Shown here: positions 23,187 to 35,413 of the stretch, piece after piece
How the letters are laid out: each line of letters starts with the position of its first letter
Position numbering within the stretch: the first letter of the stretch is position 1
DNA from: Mustelus asterias
Lineage: Eukaryota
Reading direction: 5' to 3'
DNA length: 64,000 bases
NCBI RefSeq assembly: GCF_964213995.1
Contig: NC_135819.1
Coordinates: 57,970,001-58,034,000, forward strand
Position numbers and translations under genes: made by a program
Notes under the pieces: model-generated
Seen by the model: the letters and a program-made list of their open reading frames with translations, nothing else
Databases searched by the model: none
What the model was told of the DNA's origin: nothing

Positions 23187-23845
23187 GGGCAATTCCTGCT
23201 ATTGTAAACTACTGCTTCTATACTGCAGCACTCCATCAGCCCTGCAACTTGTATGGACGCAATTCTTAAGAGCTCACCTTGCCCAACTTTTGACAAGATG
23301 GTAAGATTGGGCAGGCGGCAGAAAATCATGTTCTTGCCCAGTTTTTCACCTATCCAGATTGTTCCGGCTGTATTTTGCCAGTGAAATCGTCTTTGCGCTC
23401 TTCGGAGGACAGAAAAGCCCCCCAGGTGGTCAGGCAGGGCTGGGCAGTGCCCACAGGACAGTGTCAGCCTGATGCTGTGCACCAGGCACCTTTGCATTGC
23501 CCATCGAGTACTGTGGCAGGGCAGTACCAAGGGAGCAGAGCAAGAGTGGGGTGGAGTTCTGCAGGGATGGAAGGGAGGGAACTCTGCCAGGGCAGGAGGG
23601 ATGGACAGAACTCTGCCAAGGAGCGGTTGGCGGTGGGGTGGGGGGAGGGAACTTTGTCGGGGGAGTGATCTGCTGGTATGGGAGGAGGGGGGAACTCTGC
23701 TGGGAGGGGTGATTGCAGAGAGTGGGTGGGGCAGAGGGAACTCTGCAGAAGGGGTGGCTGTAATGCTTTTTATTTTCAGCAATAGCTGGTTGTAATGCTT
23801 TTTCTGCAGGGATTCACTGGTTCTTTTTCTTGCTGCGATTTGCCC
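23187..23845. mobile_element. Putative Harbinger-type non-autonomous element with G-rich internal repeats
   Basis: Degenerate TIRs gggcaattcctgc / gctgcgatttgccc. About 6 copies of a GGAACTCTGC-like motif between G-runs at 23550-23750. Confidence 0.4.
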
Positions 23846-24702
23846 AGTTCATTCATATCTATCTAGTAGGGATGCCTTAGATACTTCTTATGTATTCTAC
23901 AATGATTTGCTAATATCTTGCAATGAGTAGTCACAATGCTTGTACACTCCAAGTGAGAGATGACAGTCTGTTATCCTCAGGATTTATCGCCATATGATGC
24001 TGTAGTTTTCCATTATAATGATTCACCTTTTGTAGCAGTTCGTGAAGTATTCCTATTTATTGCTTAGTCATTTCTCATACCAGTTTATGGCTTGCAAGGT
24101 ACCATTTGCCATGGCAGCAGGATCCTGTACTTTCTTGCATTAACTCCATTTGACACTTAGCTTCTCATTTCTCACCAAGTCTCTGCAAACACAGTTCCTG
24201 CAAGGGCTCACCGTGATATGCTCATGTTCCTTTTTACAGTAGTGTGGGATATGGTAGTGATGTTCTGCTGTGCTATCATTTCTTGTTAAAATTTGCTCTG
24301 TGTTCAGTTCAGCCAGAATTTATTATTTAATTATGTGCCTTATATTAAGCAGTGGTAATGGTTTTGTAGTGAATGTTACTTGCTTATATCTCATTTTGCT
24401 GTGATATATTTTGTCGCAGTGATTCACCAGCACATTGTGATTTCTCCTTCAAACTCTTAACACCTTGCCATTGTCAACCATCAGTGGTTTCTCACTGTCC
24501 ATAACAGTCCGATTTCTCTCAATATTCTCAACAAGTGAGAATCTAACCATCACCCCATGACATGTAATGGCAGTACCACCACTGAGTCCCCTAGGTATCA
24601 ATATCCTTGGGAGGAGGGGGGGGGGGGGTGTTCTAGGGAGTAGTGTACGCTCATCAACGGCATTCATGAAGCTGAATGGCATTTAGGACAAAGCATCCTG
24701 AT

Positions 24703-25030
24703 GGGTGGCACGGTGGCACAGTGGTTAGCACTGCTGTCTCATAGTGCCAGGGACCCGGTTTCAATTCCGGCCTCGGGTGACTGAGTGGAGTTTGCACATT
24801 CTCCCCATGTCTGCATGGATTTCCTCCAGGTGCTCTGGTTTCCCCCCTCAGTCCAAAGATGTGCAGATTAGGTGGATTGGCCATGCTGAATTGCCCCTTG
24901 GTGTCCAAAGATATATAGGTTAGAGGGATTAGTGGGGTAAATATATGCGGTTATGGGTAAGCTTGAGTAAGTGTCGGTGCAGACTCGATGGGCTGAATAG
25001 CCTCCTTCAGCACTGTAGGGTTTCTATGAT
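24703..25030 (+). mobile_element. HE1-like V-SINE
   Basis: A box TGGCACAGTGG, B-box-like gtttcaattcc, V domain and CR1-derived tail. Confidence 0.92.
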
Positions 25031-25119
25031 CCTATTCACTACCTTAAACATTCATTCCCTCCATTACTGTTGCACAGTGGAACGATTGTGTACTAGCAGC
25101 AACTCTCTGTTCCTTCTAA

Positions 25120-25390
25120 ACCTGCGATGTCTACAACATAGGAACATGGGCAGCAGGTGCAATGGGATACACCCACCTGCAAGTTTCCTCAATGCAACAG
25201 CATCCTAACTTAGAAAATACAATGCCATTCCTTCATTGTCACCGAATCAAAATACTGAAACTCCCTCCCTAACACCACATCATCTGCAGCTGTTTAAGAA
25301 TGTGGCTCTCCACTCCCTTAAAGGTATTTGGAGTTGGACATTAAATACAGGTCTTACCAGCAATACTCACATCCATGTATAAAGAAAAAT
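25120..25390 (+). mobile_element. Old LINE 3' end whose tail resembles that of the 43-kb SINE family
   Basis: 'tcaaaatactgaaactccctccctaaca..ctgcagctgtttaagaa..taaatacaggtcttaccagcaatactcacatccat..ataaagaaaaa' versus 43350-43420. Confidence 0.5.
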
Positions 25391-25647
25391 AAATTACTTC
25401 AGATAGGATAAATACAATTTGAAAATGGTTTCTCTAAGCTGTATCTTTTAAGAGTTGTTTTTTCTCTATGATAAAGAGGTGGCTAATACATATAATTGAT
25501 TAAATCCAATAACAGTAAACCAAATTGATTTTGCTAGTTCAGGTTTTTCCATACATTCAAAAATAATTTCTACAAAAGATTAACCAGCCGTTTGAAGATG
25601 TAGGTAGGGGCTACACAAAAATATGCAAATTGAATTAAAAATATGGA

Positions 25648-26790
25648 TTTACATAGAAACTAGAAGCAGGAGTAGGTCATTTGTCCCTTCGAACCTGCTC
25701 TGCCATTCATTTTGATCATGGCTGATCATCAAATTCAATATCCTGATCCGTGCCCCCCCGTCCCTTGTTCCTTTAGCCCCAAGAGCTATATCTAATTTCT
25801 TCTTGAAATCAGACAACATTTTGGCCTCAACTACATTCGGTGGAAGTGAATTCCACACATTCACTAGCCTCTGAATGAAGAAATGTCTCCTCACCTCAAT
25901 TCTAAAAGGTTTACTCCTTATCCTCAAATTATGACCCCTAGTTCTGGACTCCCCACCATTGGGAACATTCTTTCTGAATCCACCCTGTCTAACCCTGTTA
26001 GAATTTTATAAGTTTCTATGAAGTCCCCTCTCACTCTTCCAGTGATTATAATCCTAACAGACTTAGTCTCCCCTCATATGACAGACCTGCCATCCCAGGA
26101 ATCAGCCTGGTAAGCCTTTGTTGTACTCCCTCTATAGCAAGGACTTCCTTCCTCAGATAAGGACACTAAAACTGCACACAATACTCCAGGTGTGGTCTCA
26201 TCAACGCCCTATGTAATTGCAGCAAAACATCCTTATCCCTGTACTCGTTTCCTCTCGCTACGAAGGCCAACATACCATTTACCTCCTTTGCTGCCTGCCT
26301 GCTTTTTTACCTGCACACTTAATTTCAGCGACTGATGCACGAAGACACGAAGGTCTCGTTGAGTATCCACCTCTCTCAGTTTACACCTATTCAAATAATC
26401 TGTCTTTCTATTATTGCTACCAAAGTGGATAACCTCACATTTGTCCCCATTATACTACATCTGCCACATTTATCCCCATTATACTACACTCAGCCTGTCC
26501 AAATCATGCTGAACCATCTCTGCATCCTCCTCACCAATTTTGTAACATCTGCAAATTTGGAGATAATATAATCAGTTCCCTCTCCCAAATCATTAATATA
26601 TAATGTGAACAATTAGGGTCCTAGCACAGATCCCTGCAGAACCCCACTAGTCAGTGACTGCCAGTCAGAAAAAGACCTTTTTATGCCAACTCTTTGCTTC
26701 TCATCTGCTGACCAGCTTTCTATCCATTTCAAGACATTATCTGCAATCCCACGTGCTTTAACTTTACATTGTAATCTATTATGTCACTTC
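25648..26790 (-). mobile_element. CR1 LINE fragment (RT to 3' UTR)
   Basis: GSVLGP, SKFADV, RPHLEYCVQF, FFIQRLVNVWNSLP; tail acatagaaactagaagc. Confidence 0.88.
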
Positions 26791-27356
26791 TTGTAGCACT
26801 TTCACAATATAAATGGTTTTCTTTTGATACTTTCACATTTATTGAGAACATTTTATGATCTTGGACAAGACCAGTTACTTTTTAAAGAAGAAATCCAAAT
26901 TCCGAGTAATTTACTGAAAGAATGAAGACATAAGATTCCAAGGTTTAAAACCAAATAATTTTTTACTATACAAGAGCAAACACTAAATACTATCTTGGGT
27001 AACCACTCATACTCTAAAACTCAGAGGTAACACAAGTTAAACATGAATTAATGATCAAATTGCAGTTGATTGTAAGTTATAAAATACGCATTGAATGGCA
27101 GGTGCAAATGAGACAGACCTTACAAATTGACATGGCAGTCCACTCAGCTAATATGTCATCAGTCTCAGTCACGAAGTACTCCAGAACTCTTCCCTTCCTA
27201 ACATAGAATTTCAGCCCTTTTTGGGATTTAGCCTGCTACCCTGTTAACAGCAGTGCATAACCAACATGAGTTCCACAGGTATGTTCTTCACCAAAAATGG
27301 CACATGTCTGCAGAACCTTCTCATTCTGTTTTCTATAGTCTGACTTACCTAGATCC

Positions 27357-27477
27357 GTAAGAAGTCTCACAACACCAGGTTAAAGTCCTGGTGTTGTCTC
27401 ACAAGGACTTTAACCTGGTGTTGTGAGACTTCTTACTGTGCTTACCCCAGTCCAACGCCGGCATCTCCACATCATGA
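27357..27477 (+). mobile_element. Short Penelope-like element insertion: inverted terminal copy plus 3' tail, with 12-bp TSD
   Basis: Perfect 32-bp inverted repeat (27357-27388 / 27405-27436), then a tail 'tgtgcttaccccagtccaacgccggcatctccacatc'. TSD TTACCTAGATCC at 27345-27356 and 27478-27489. The arm sequence matches 53337-53362. Confidence 0.8.
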
Positions 27478-28454
27478 TTACCTAGATCCACCAGTGTTAT
27501 TTTTAAGTAACAGAAGCAGTTGCAGCAACTGTATGTTTACCTGTTCTCAGATTCTGAATTTGACTCTTCTTCAGCCTGCCTGTACTGCGCCATTGGAATC
27601 ATTATCAACTGAGTTCTGATGGATCTATGTCCATTTTATATGAATTCAACCAATTTCAGCCTCACCATGACTTTGATTTCCAATCTTAGTACCAGTCTTA
27701 GTTTCCTTAGAAGTTGGGATGGCCGGATTTCTGTCTCAGTATCCCCTTTTAATTAGGGTCGGTCTCAAAACGTGCAAGCTTTGAAAATACGGATTACATC
27801 AGTGTTTTATTGCTATGACAACATTGTGTCACAGTAGAATGTCTTTCCAGAATTAATCACCCGTTCTTGTTCTGTCTTACCTCATTAAATCAATGGCACA
27901 TGCATGGTGACAGTTTATTTTATTCTTTGCAGCAACCTGTAACAGTTTCACATTAATCCCAACTGCATTGAAATTCCTGCTATGCAAGAATCTGCTTAGC
28001 ATTAGAAGCTTTATTTTGAAATAAGCTATTTTTCATAATATGCGAGGGAGCTGACATGCTGCATGCCATGCTGTGTCCTTCATTTCACTTCCTGCTCGAA
28101 CAGTAACATGGCAAACTAGTTATAAATTGTCAGTGCAGTTGTATCACAAATTTTACATGATGGTGGAAGCAGTTTCCCAAAGACCTTTCCAATATGAACT
28201 GAGGATTTTAAATAATTGTACTTCATGCATTATGAATTGTATTATGACTGAATTGTAAGTCAAAAGTGCTGGCTGCAGTGCTTGTGAAAATAATATTTTT
28301 TGATGGAATATTTTATTGTATAATTTAATGCAGATAGCACAATAAGAATTGGGAACAAAAGTTTTATACGACAAAGTTATGTGTCTTTTATGTCTATGTT
28401 TATATATTTACACATATTTAATAATGTTCTTAAGTTCTCTGCTCGCAGGCAGGT

Positions 28455-30020
28455 CCATAAGATAAAATAGGATTAAAAGAAATAGGAATGGGAGTTGGCC
28501 ATTAAGCCCATCGGACCTGTGCTGCCATTCAATAAGATCATGGCTGATCTGATTATAGCCTTAACTCCTCTTTCCTGTCTGTCCCTCATAACTCTCTTGC
28601 CAATCAAATATCTTTACATGTCAGCGTTCAAGGCATTAAATGATCCAGACTGCACTGCTCTTTGTGGAAGAAATTCCAATGAATAATCAGAGAATCATAG
28701 AGTCTACGGCAGAGAGACAGGCCCTTCAGCCCAAACTGATCCATGCTGACCATCTAAGCTAACCCCATTTACCTACATTTGGTCCATATCCCTCTATAGT
28801 TTGGCCCATATCCCTCTATAATGATCCTCTGAGCAATTAAATTATTCCAACTGCATGTTAAATGTGAGAACCCTTATTTTTAAACTGTGCCCCCTCGTTC
28901 TAGATTGCCCAAGACAAGAAGTATTCTTCCAGCATCTACCCTGTCAAACTTCCTCAGAATTTTATATGCTTCAGTTGGATAACTTTTCATTCTTATTCAC
29001 GCCAATGAATATCAGTCATTCCTTTTAAAACAAACCCCTTCATCCCAGGAATCAGCCTAGCCAACCTTCTCTGAGCAGCTTACAGTGCAAGTGTACCTCT
29101 CCTTATGTAAGGAGGCCAAAACTGAACACTCAAGTGGTAAATGGTATTTTACCAATACCTTTTGCATATGTAGCAAGACTTCCCTCCCTTTATACTCCAT
29201 CCCCCTTTCAATACAAGGCAACCTTCCAATTTTAAGAAGGAGATAGATATATTTCTAATTAAAAAACAGGTTAAAGGGATATGGGGAACAGGTAGGGAGG
29301 TGGATTTGAGACCAGGGAGAGATCAGCCATGATCTGATTGATCAGCCTATTTCTGCTCCTAATTCTTATGTTCCAATTGCCTTCCTTAATTATTTGCTAT
29401 ACCTGCATGCGAACCTTTTGTAAATCATGTACAAGGACACCCAGATTGAATTTTTTTTAAAGTTTAAAGTTTATTTACTAGTGTCACAAGTAGGCTTACA
29501 TTAACATTAATAAAGTTACTGTGAAAATCCCCTAGCTTCCCTACTCTGGTGCCTGTTCGGGTACACGGAGGGAGAATTTAGCATTGCCAATGCACCTAAC
29601 CAGCACATCTTTCGGACTGTGGGAAGAAACTGGAGCACCTGGAGGAAATCCACGCAGACACGAGGAAAATGTGCAGACTCCGCACAGACAGTAACCCAAG
29701 CCGGGCATTGAACCTGGGTACCTGGCGCTGTGAGGCAGCAGTGCTAACCACTGTGCCACCCTCTGTACTCCTGTACTGCAACATTCTGCAGTTTCACTCC
29801 ATTTAAATAATATTCCGCATTTCTATTCTTCTTGCCAAAGTGGACAACCTCAAGTTTTCCCACATTATACCCCGTTTGCCAGATTTTGCCTACTCATTTC
29901 ACCTGTCTATATCCCTTTGCAGTCTCTTTGTATCCTTCTCATAACATTCTTTCCCACTTATTTTTGTATCATCAGCAGATTTGGCTGCAATACAGTCTGT
30001 CCCATTGTCAATATAGGTTA
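28455..30020 (-). mobile_element. Old CR1 fragment interrupted by nested CR1 tails (28690-28820 minus, 29220-29372 plus) and a SINE
   Basis: AKSADDTKISG..RLQRDIDR near 29900-30000, and a 3' UTR at 28455-28600. Confidence 0.8.
29452..29760 (-). mobile_element. V-SINE with a non-CR1 (Rex1-like) 3' tail
   Basis: Same head and V domain as the HE1-like copies. After 'gctaaatt' it diverges into a tail ending tgtgacactagtaaataaactttaaacttt. Confidence 0.85.
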
Positions 30021-30029
30021 TAAATGTTT

Positions 30030-30277
30030 GAGGCTTGACATGTGTGGATGGTGAGTGGGACCACCGAGGTAATGAGTGCAAGACCCGCAGGGGAAATGAA
30101 GACGTGTCTGGGAGAGTGAGTGGTGATGTCCCTTAAGGTGGCAATGAGTGAGATCCCTGAAGATATATGATGGGTTTGTGAGTTGAGAGTGATGAGAAGA
30201 GTGACTTACCCTGGCAGAACGGAGGAGATCATTCATCCTCTTCCTGCATTGTATGGCTGTCCTGTTCTGCAAAGCAT
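30030..30277 (-). mobile_element. Harbinger Myb/SANT-like ORF, downstream part of exon 1 and intron start
   Basis: ALQNRTAIQCRKRMNDLLRSAR followed by a GTAAGT donor (plus-strand acttac at 30204-30209). Homologous to 59249-59310. Confidence 0.75.
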
Positions 30278-33200
30278 AGGTGCATATCTGCGCTAGGTGT
30301 ATTGAGCTGCAGCTCCTAAGGGACCGAGTTGGGGAACTGGAGCTGCAGCTCGAGGACATTCGTCTGGTCAGGGAAAACAAGGAGGTGATAGATAGGAGTT
30401 ATAGGCAGGTGGTAACACTGGGGCCACAAGGATCAGGCGAGTGGGTCACGGTTAGGAAAGGGAAGAATCAGGTGGTTCAGAGCACCCCAGTGGTTGTGCC
30501 CCTTAAGAATAAGTACTCTTGTTTGAGTACTGTTGGGGGGGACAGCCCACTAGGGGGAAGCAGCAGTGGCCGTGCCTTCTGTGCGGAGTCCAGCCCTGTA
30601 GCACAAAAGGGTAAGGAAAGGAGTAGGAAGGCAGTGGTGATTGGGGACTCCACAGTGAGGGGGTCAGACAGGCGTTTCTGTGGAAGAAGTCGAGAAACGC
30701 GGATGGTGGTTTGCCTCCCTGGAGCCGGGATCAGGGATGTTTCCGACAGGGTCCAATAAATCCTTAAGTGGGAGGGAGAGGAGCCAGAGGTCGTGTTGCA
30801 TACTGGTACCGCCGACGTAGGCAGGAAAGGGGAAGGGGTTATGAAAAGAGAATATAGGAAGTTAGGTAGGGAGTTAAGTAAAAGGAACGCTAAGGTAGTA
30901 ATCTCAGGATTGCTACCTATGTCACGAGACAGTGAGGGAAGGAACGGAATAAGGTGGAGGATGAATGAGTGGCTGAGGGATTGGAGCAGGGGGCAGGGAT
31001 TTAGGTTCCTGGGTCATTGGGACCTCTTTAGGGGCAGTGCGACCTGTACAAAAAGGATGGGTTCCACTTAAATCCCAGGGGGACCAATATTCTGGCGGGA
31101 AGGTTTGCTAAGGTTACTGGGGACGGTTTAAACTAGAATAGTTAGGGGGTGGGAATCAACATGTGGTGACTGGGAGAGAGAGGAGGTTAGAGTAAAAATA
31201 AGAGGGGCTGGTCGGCAGTGAGAGGGAGGATAGGCAGGTGAAGGGGAGCGCTCAGACCGAAGGGTATAGTGAACAAAATGGATGAGCTTAGAGCGTGGAT
31301 CGCTGCTTGGAAGTGTGATGTGGTGGCCATGACAGAGACTTGGTTGTCTCAGGGACAGGACTGGGTACTTCAAGTGCCGGGTTTCAGATGTTTCAGGAGG
31401 GACAGGAAAGGAGGCAAAAGAGGTGGGGGAGTGGCACTGTTGATCAGGGATAGTGTCACGGCTGTAGAAAAGATGGATGCCACGGAAGGATTGTCTACGG
31501 AATCTCTGTGGGTGGAGGTTAGGAACAGGAAGGGGTCGGTAACTTTACTATGTGTTTTCTATAGGCCGCCCAAAAGTATCAGAGATGTGGAGGAGCAGAT
31601 TGGGAAGCAGATTCTGGAGAGATGTGATAATAACAGAGTGATCGTGATGGGAGATTTTAATTTCCCAAATATTGATTGGAATATCTGTAGGGTAAGGGGT
31701 TTAGATGGAGAGGAGTTTGTTAGGTGTGTTCAGGAGAGCTTCCTGACACAGTATGTGGATAAGCCTACAAGAGGAGAGGCTGTGCTTGATTTGATATTAG
31801 GGAATGAACCTGGGCAGGTGTCAGATCTCTCAGTGGGAGAGCATTTTGGGGATAGTAATCATAACTCTTTCTCCTTTACACTAGCATTGGAGAGAGATAG
31901 GATCAGCCGAGCTAGGAAAGTGTTTATCTGGAGTAAGGGCAACAACGATGCTATTAGGCAGGAAATTAGAGGCATAAATTGGAAGGAGGTTTCCTCGGGG
32001 AAATGTACGGAAGAAATGTGGCAAATTTTCAAGGAAAATTTGTCTGGAGCTCTGCACGGCAATGTTCCGGTGCGACAGGGGAGTTATGGTAGGTTACAGG
32101 AACCGTGGTGCACGAAAGCTGTAACGGATTTAGTCAGGAAGAAAAGAAAAGCCTACAAAAGGTTCAGGGAACTAGGTAATGTTAGAAATCTAGAAGAGTA
32201 TACGACCAGTAGGAAGGAACTAAAGAGGGAAATTAGAAGAGCCAGGAGGGGACATGAGAAGGCCTTGGCAGACAGGATAAAGGAAAACCCCAAGGCATTC
32301 TACAAGTATGTGAAGAGCAAGAGGATAAGATGTGAAGGAGTAGGACCTATCTCATGTGACGGTGGGAAAGTCTGTATTGAACCGGTAGAAATGGCAGAGG
32401 TACTCAATGAATACTTTGCTTCAGTATTCACAGTGGAAAAGGATCTTGGTAGTTGCAGTGCAGACTTTCAGTGGACTGAGAAGATTGAGCATGTGGGCAT
32501 TAGGAAAGAGGATGTGTTGGAGCTGTTGAAAAGCATCAAGTTAGATAAATCGCCGGGACCGGATGGGGTGTACCCCAGGTTACTGTGGGAGTCGAGGTAA
32601 GAGATTGCTGATCCTCTGGCGATGATCTTGCGTCATCAATGGAGATGGGAGAGGTTCCGGAGGATTGGAGGATGGCGGATGTGGTTCCGTTATTCAAGAA
32701 AGGGAGAAGAGATAGCCCAGGAAATTATAGACCGGTGAGTCTAACCTCAGTGGTTGGTAAGTTGATGGAGAAGATTCTGAGAGGCAGGATTTATGGTCAT
32801 TTGGAAAGGAATAGTATGATCAGAAATAGCCAGCATGGCTTTGTCCGAGGCAGATCATGCCTTACGAGTCTGATTGAGTTTTTTGAAGATGTGGCTAAAC
32901 ACTTAGACAGGGAAAAGCGGTAGATGTAGTTTATATGGATTTCAATAAGGTGTTTGATAAGGTGCCCCACGCAAGGCTTATGGAGAAAGTGAAGGGGCCT
33001 GGGATACAAGGGGACGTTGCTTTGTGGATTCAGAACTGGCTTGCCCACAGAAGGCAAAGAGTCGTTGTAGATGGGTCTTTTTCAGAGTGGAGGTCGGTCA
33101 CCAGTGGGGTGCCCCAGGGATCTGTTCTGGGACCCTTGCTCTTTGTGATTTTTATAAATGACCTGGATGAGGAGGTGGAAGGATGGGTTGGCAAGTTTGC

Positions 33201-34098
33201 TGATGACACCAAGGTTGGTGGTGTTGTGGATAGTGTAGAGGGATGTCAGCAGTTGCAACGAGACATAGATAAGATGCAAGACTGGGCGGAGAAGTGTCAG
33301 ATGGACTTCAACCCAGATAACTGTGTGGTGGTTCATTTTGGCAGGTCGAATAGGATGGAAGAATATAATATTAAGGGTAAGACACTTGACAGTGTGGAAG
33401 AACAGAGGGATCTTGGGGTCCGGGTTCATAGGACGCTCAAAGCGGTGTCGCAGGTAGAGGCTGTGGTTAAGAAGGCGTATGGAATACTGGCCTTCATCAA
33501 TAGAGGAATTGAGTTTAGAAATCAGGAGATAATGCTGCAGCTGTATAGGACCCTGGTCAGACTCCACCTGGAGTACTGTGCCCAGTTCTGGTCGCCTCAT
33601 TACAGAAAGGATGTGGAAGCCATAGAACGGGTGCAGAGGAGATTTACGAGGATGTTGCCGGGATTAAGTGGTATGCCTTATGAGGATAGGTTGAGAGAGC
33701 TAGGTCTATTCTCCTTGGAGAGGCAAAGGATGAGAGGTGACCTGATGGAGGTGTATAGGCTTTTGAGAGGTATTGATAGAGTGGATTCTCAGAGGCTTTT
33801 ACCCAGGGCTGAAATGGTTGTCACGAGAGGCCACAGGTTTAGGGTGCTGGGGAGTAGGTATAGAGGAGATGTTAGGGGTAAGTTTTTCACTCGGAGGGTG
33901 GTGGGTGCGTGGAATCGGCTACCGGTAGTGGTGGTGGAAGCGGATTCGATTGAGTCTTTTAAGAGACTTTTGGATAGGTTCATGGAGGTTAGTAAGATAG
34001 AGGGTTATAGATGAGCCTAGAAGGTAAGGAAATTGTTCGGTGCAATTTGTGGGCCGAAGGGCCTGTTTGTGCTGTAGCTTTTCTACGTTCTATGTTCT
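30278..34098 (+). mobile_element. Near full-length CR1 LINE: ORF1 (Zn-finger/leucine zipper + SGNH esterase) and ORF2 (APE + RT), several disablements
   Basis: HICARC..LRDRVGELELQL, VVIGDSTVRG; APE ETWL, MGDFNFP; RT KFADD; tail tagcttttctacgttctatgttct. A ~29-bp deletion at ~31262 removes the LRCVYFNARS segment seen in the sister copy. Confidence 0.95.
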
Positions 34099-34480
34099 CT
34101 ACCACCGCGTCCCATGCTAAATCCGCCACCTTGCTGCTCGGCTTCTGCCCTGAACATGGGTAGGTGACATTGGAGCGGACCTCTATTGCATCGAGGAGTC
34201 TCTTCAGGGAGGTGTCTGAGGATTTTGGCATTGGGAAGTGGTGGCAGCCAGGAAATCAATGATCTGTAAAGTGTGGCTGCTGTGCGCTTGGGCAGCCTTA
34301 AAATGTGACACCCCAGTGATTAATGGCAGGGCGGGTGAATCAACATGGAAACGTGGATGGAAATCTTTGGCATTAAGTGCGCACTGTATGGTGGAAAAAA
34401 CCAGCATTGCCGTCAGCTGGCTCAACACTGCTTTTACCACCCGCCATCGGCCTTTGCCAATTTCCAAGAAAATCTTGACC
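34099..34480 (-). mobile_element. Harbinger Myb/SANT-like ORF upstream part and element terminus
   Basis: PKSSDTSLKRLLDAIEVRSNVTYPCSGQKPSSKVADLAWDAVV, which continues at ~30275 after the CR1. End 'gaaaatcttgacc' resembles the TIR. Confidence 0.72.
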
Positions 34481-34899
34481 AATGTCTTAAACAGATGCTC
34501 CTTTTCTCAGTAGTCATGGCCTTCCTGGCTCAGCAGGGATGATCTGTTTTACTGTCTCCCTCATGCCTTGTTTTTCCAAGCAATTAGGCTTTTATAATTT
34601 GTGATTGTTTGGTGAGTTCCCACAGTATCTTACCAATCATGCCTGCTGATCTAAATTATAGCTTGAGAAAAACTTACCAGAGGGATTCCCACCTGTACCA
34701 AATTTGCAAGTTGGCACCTAAACCTCCCTCAGCCATTATTCACCTAACCATGGCAATGTGCCTTGATTTTCTTACTATTAGGAGGCAGGCTCTGTGCATA
34801 CTTCAGTCAGAATCGGGATCGAACCTCATGCTATTTGTGTTAATCCGATCCAAAACGCTAGCCGCTTAGCCAGCTGAACTAACCGGGCTCTCTTTAATA

Positions 34900-35160
34900 A
34901 TCATAGAATCATACAGTGCAGAAGAGACCCTTTGAATCTGCACCGACATGTGTGAAACACTTGACCTCCCACCTAATCCCATATATTAGCACTTGGCCCA
35001 TAGCCTTGATTGTAATGATGTGCTCATCCAGGTACTTTTTAAAGATTGTGAAGCAACTTGCCTCTGCGATTCTCCCAGGCAGTGCATTCCAGACCATCAC
35101 AACTCTCTGGGTAAAAAAGATTTTCCTCACATCCCCCTAAACCTCCTAACTTCACCTTGA
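34900..35160 (-). mobile_element. CR1 3' fragment
   Basis: RKIFFTQRVVMVWNALPG..FKKYLDEH; tail atcatagaatcatac. Confidence 0.82.
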
Positions 35161-35413
35161 ACTGGTGTTTTATGTGTGTCTTTGTGACAAGGATGGGCTT
35201 TCATTTTCAGCTCAATTATTTGATGCTGTATTCTCAATCCAAGTAGCAATTAAGAAATGGGAAATAACATAGGTGATAAGAGATTATGAAAGGCCATATT
35301 TACTGATTAAAGAAAAGTACAATAAACCCATTTCTAATCTGTATTTATACTTCAATTTTGAAGCTGAATGCATTGCGATTGAACCTTATAATCTTGTAAG
35401 ATATATCGGTATT

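Noticed and set aside
23540-23760. CRISPR-like repeat-spacer appearance
   Set aside because: The repeat is only ~10 bp, the spacers are low-complexity G-runs of irregular length, the context is eukaryotic and there are no cas genes.
23183-23795. Overlapping 199-aa Pro-rich and 107-aa Gly-rich ORFs
   Set aside because: Products of a G/C-skewed repeat with few stop codons; no domain.
23980-24066. Possible plus-strand exon DLSPYDAVVFHYNDSPFVAVRE resembling a fucosyltransferase motif
   Set aside because: Too short, no convincing donor site, and no other matching exons.
26850-28040. Possible old solo LTR hosting the Penelope insertion (similarly ~3410-4730)
   Set aside because: The composition is LTR-like, but TG..CA termini and a TSD could not be confirmed.
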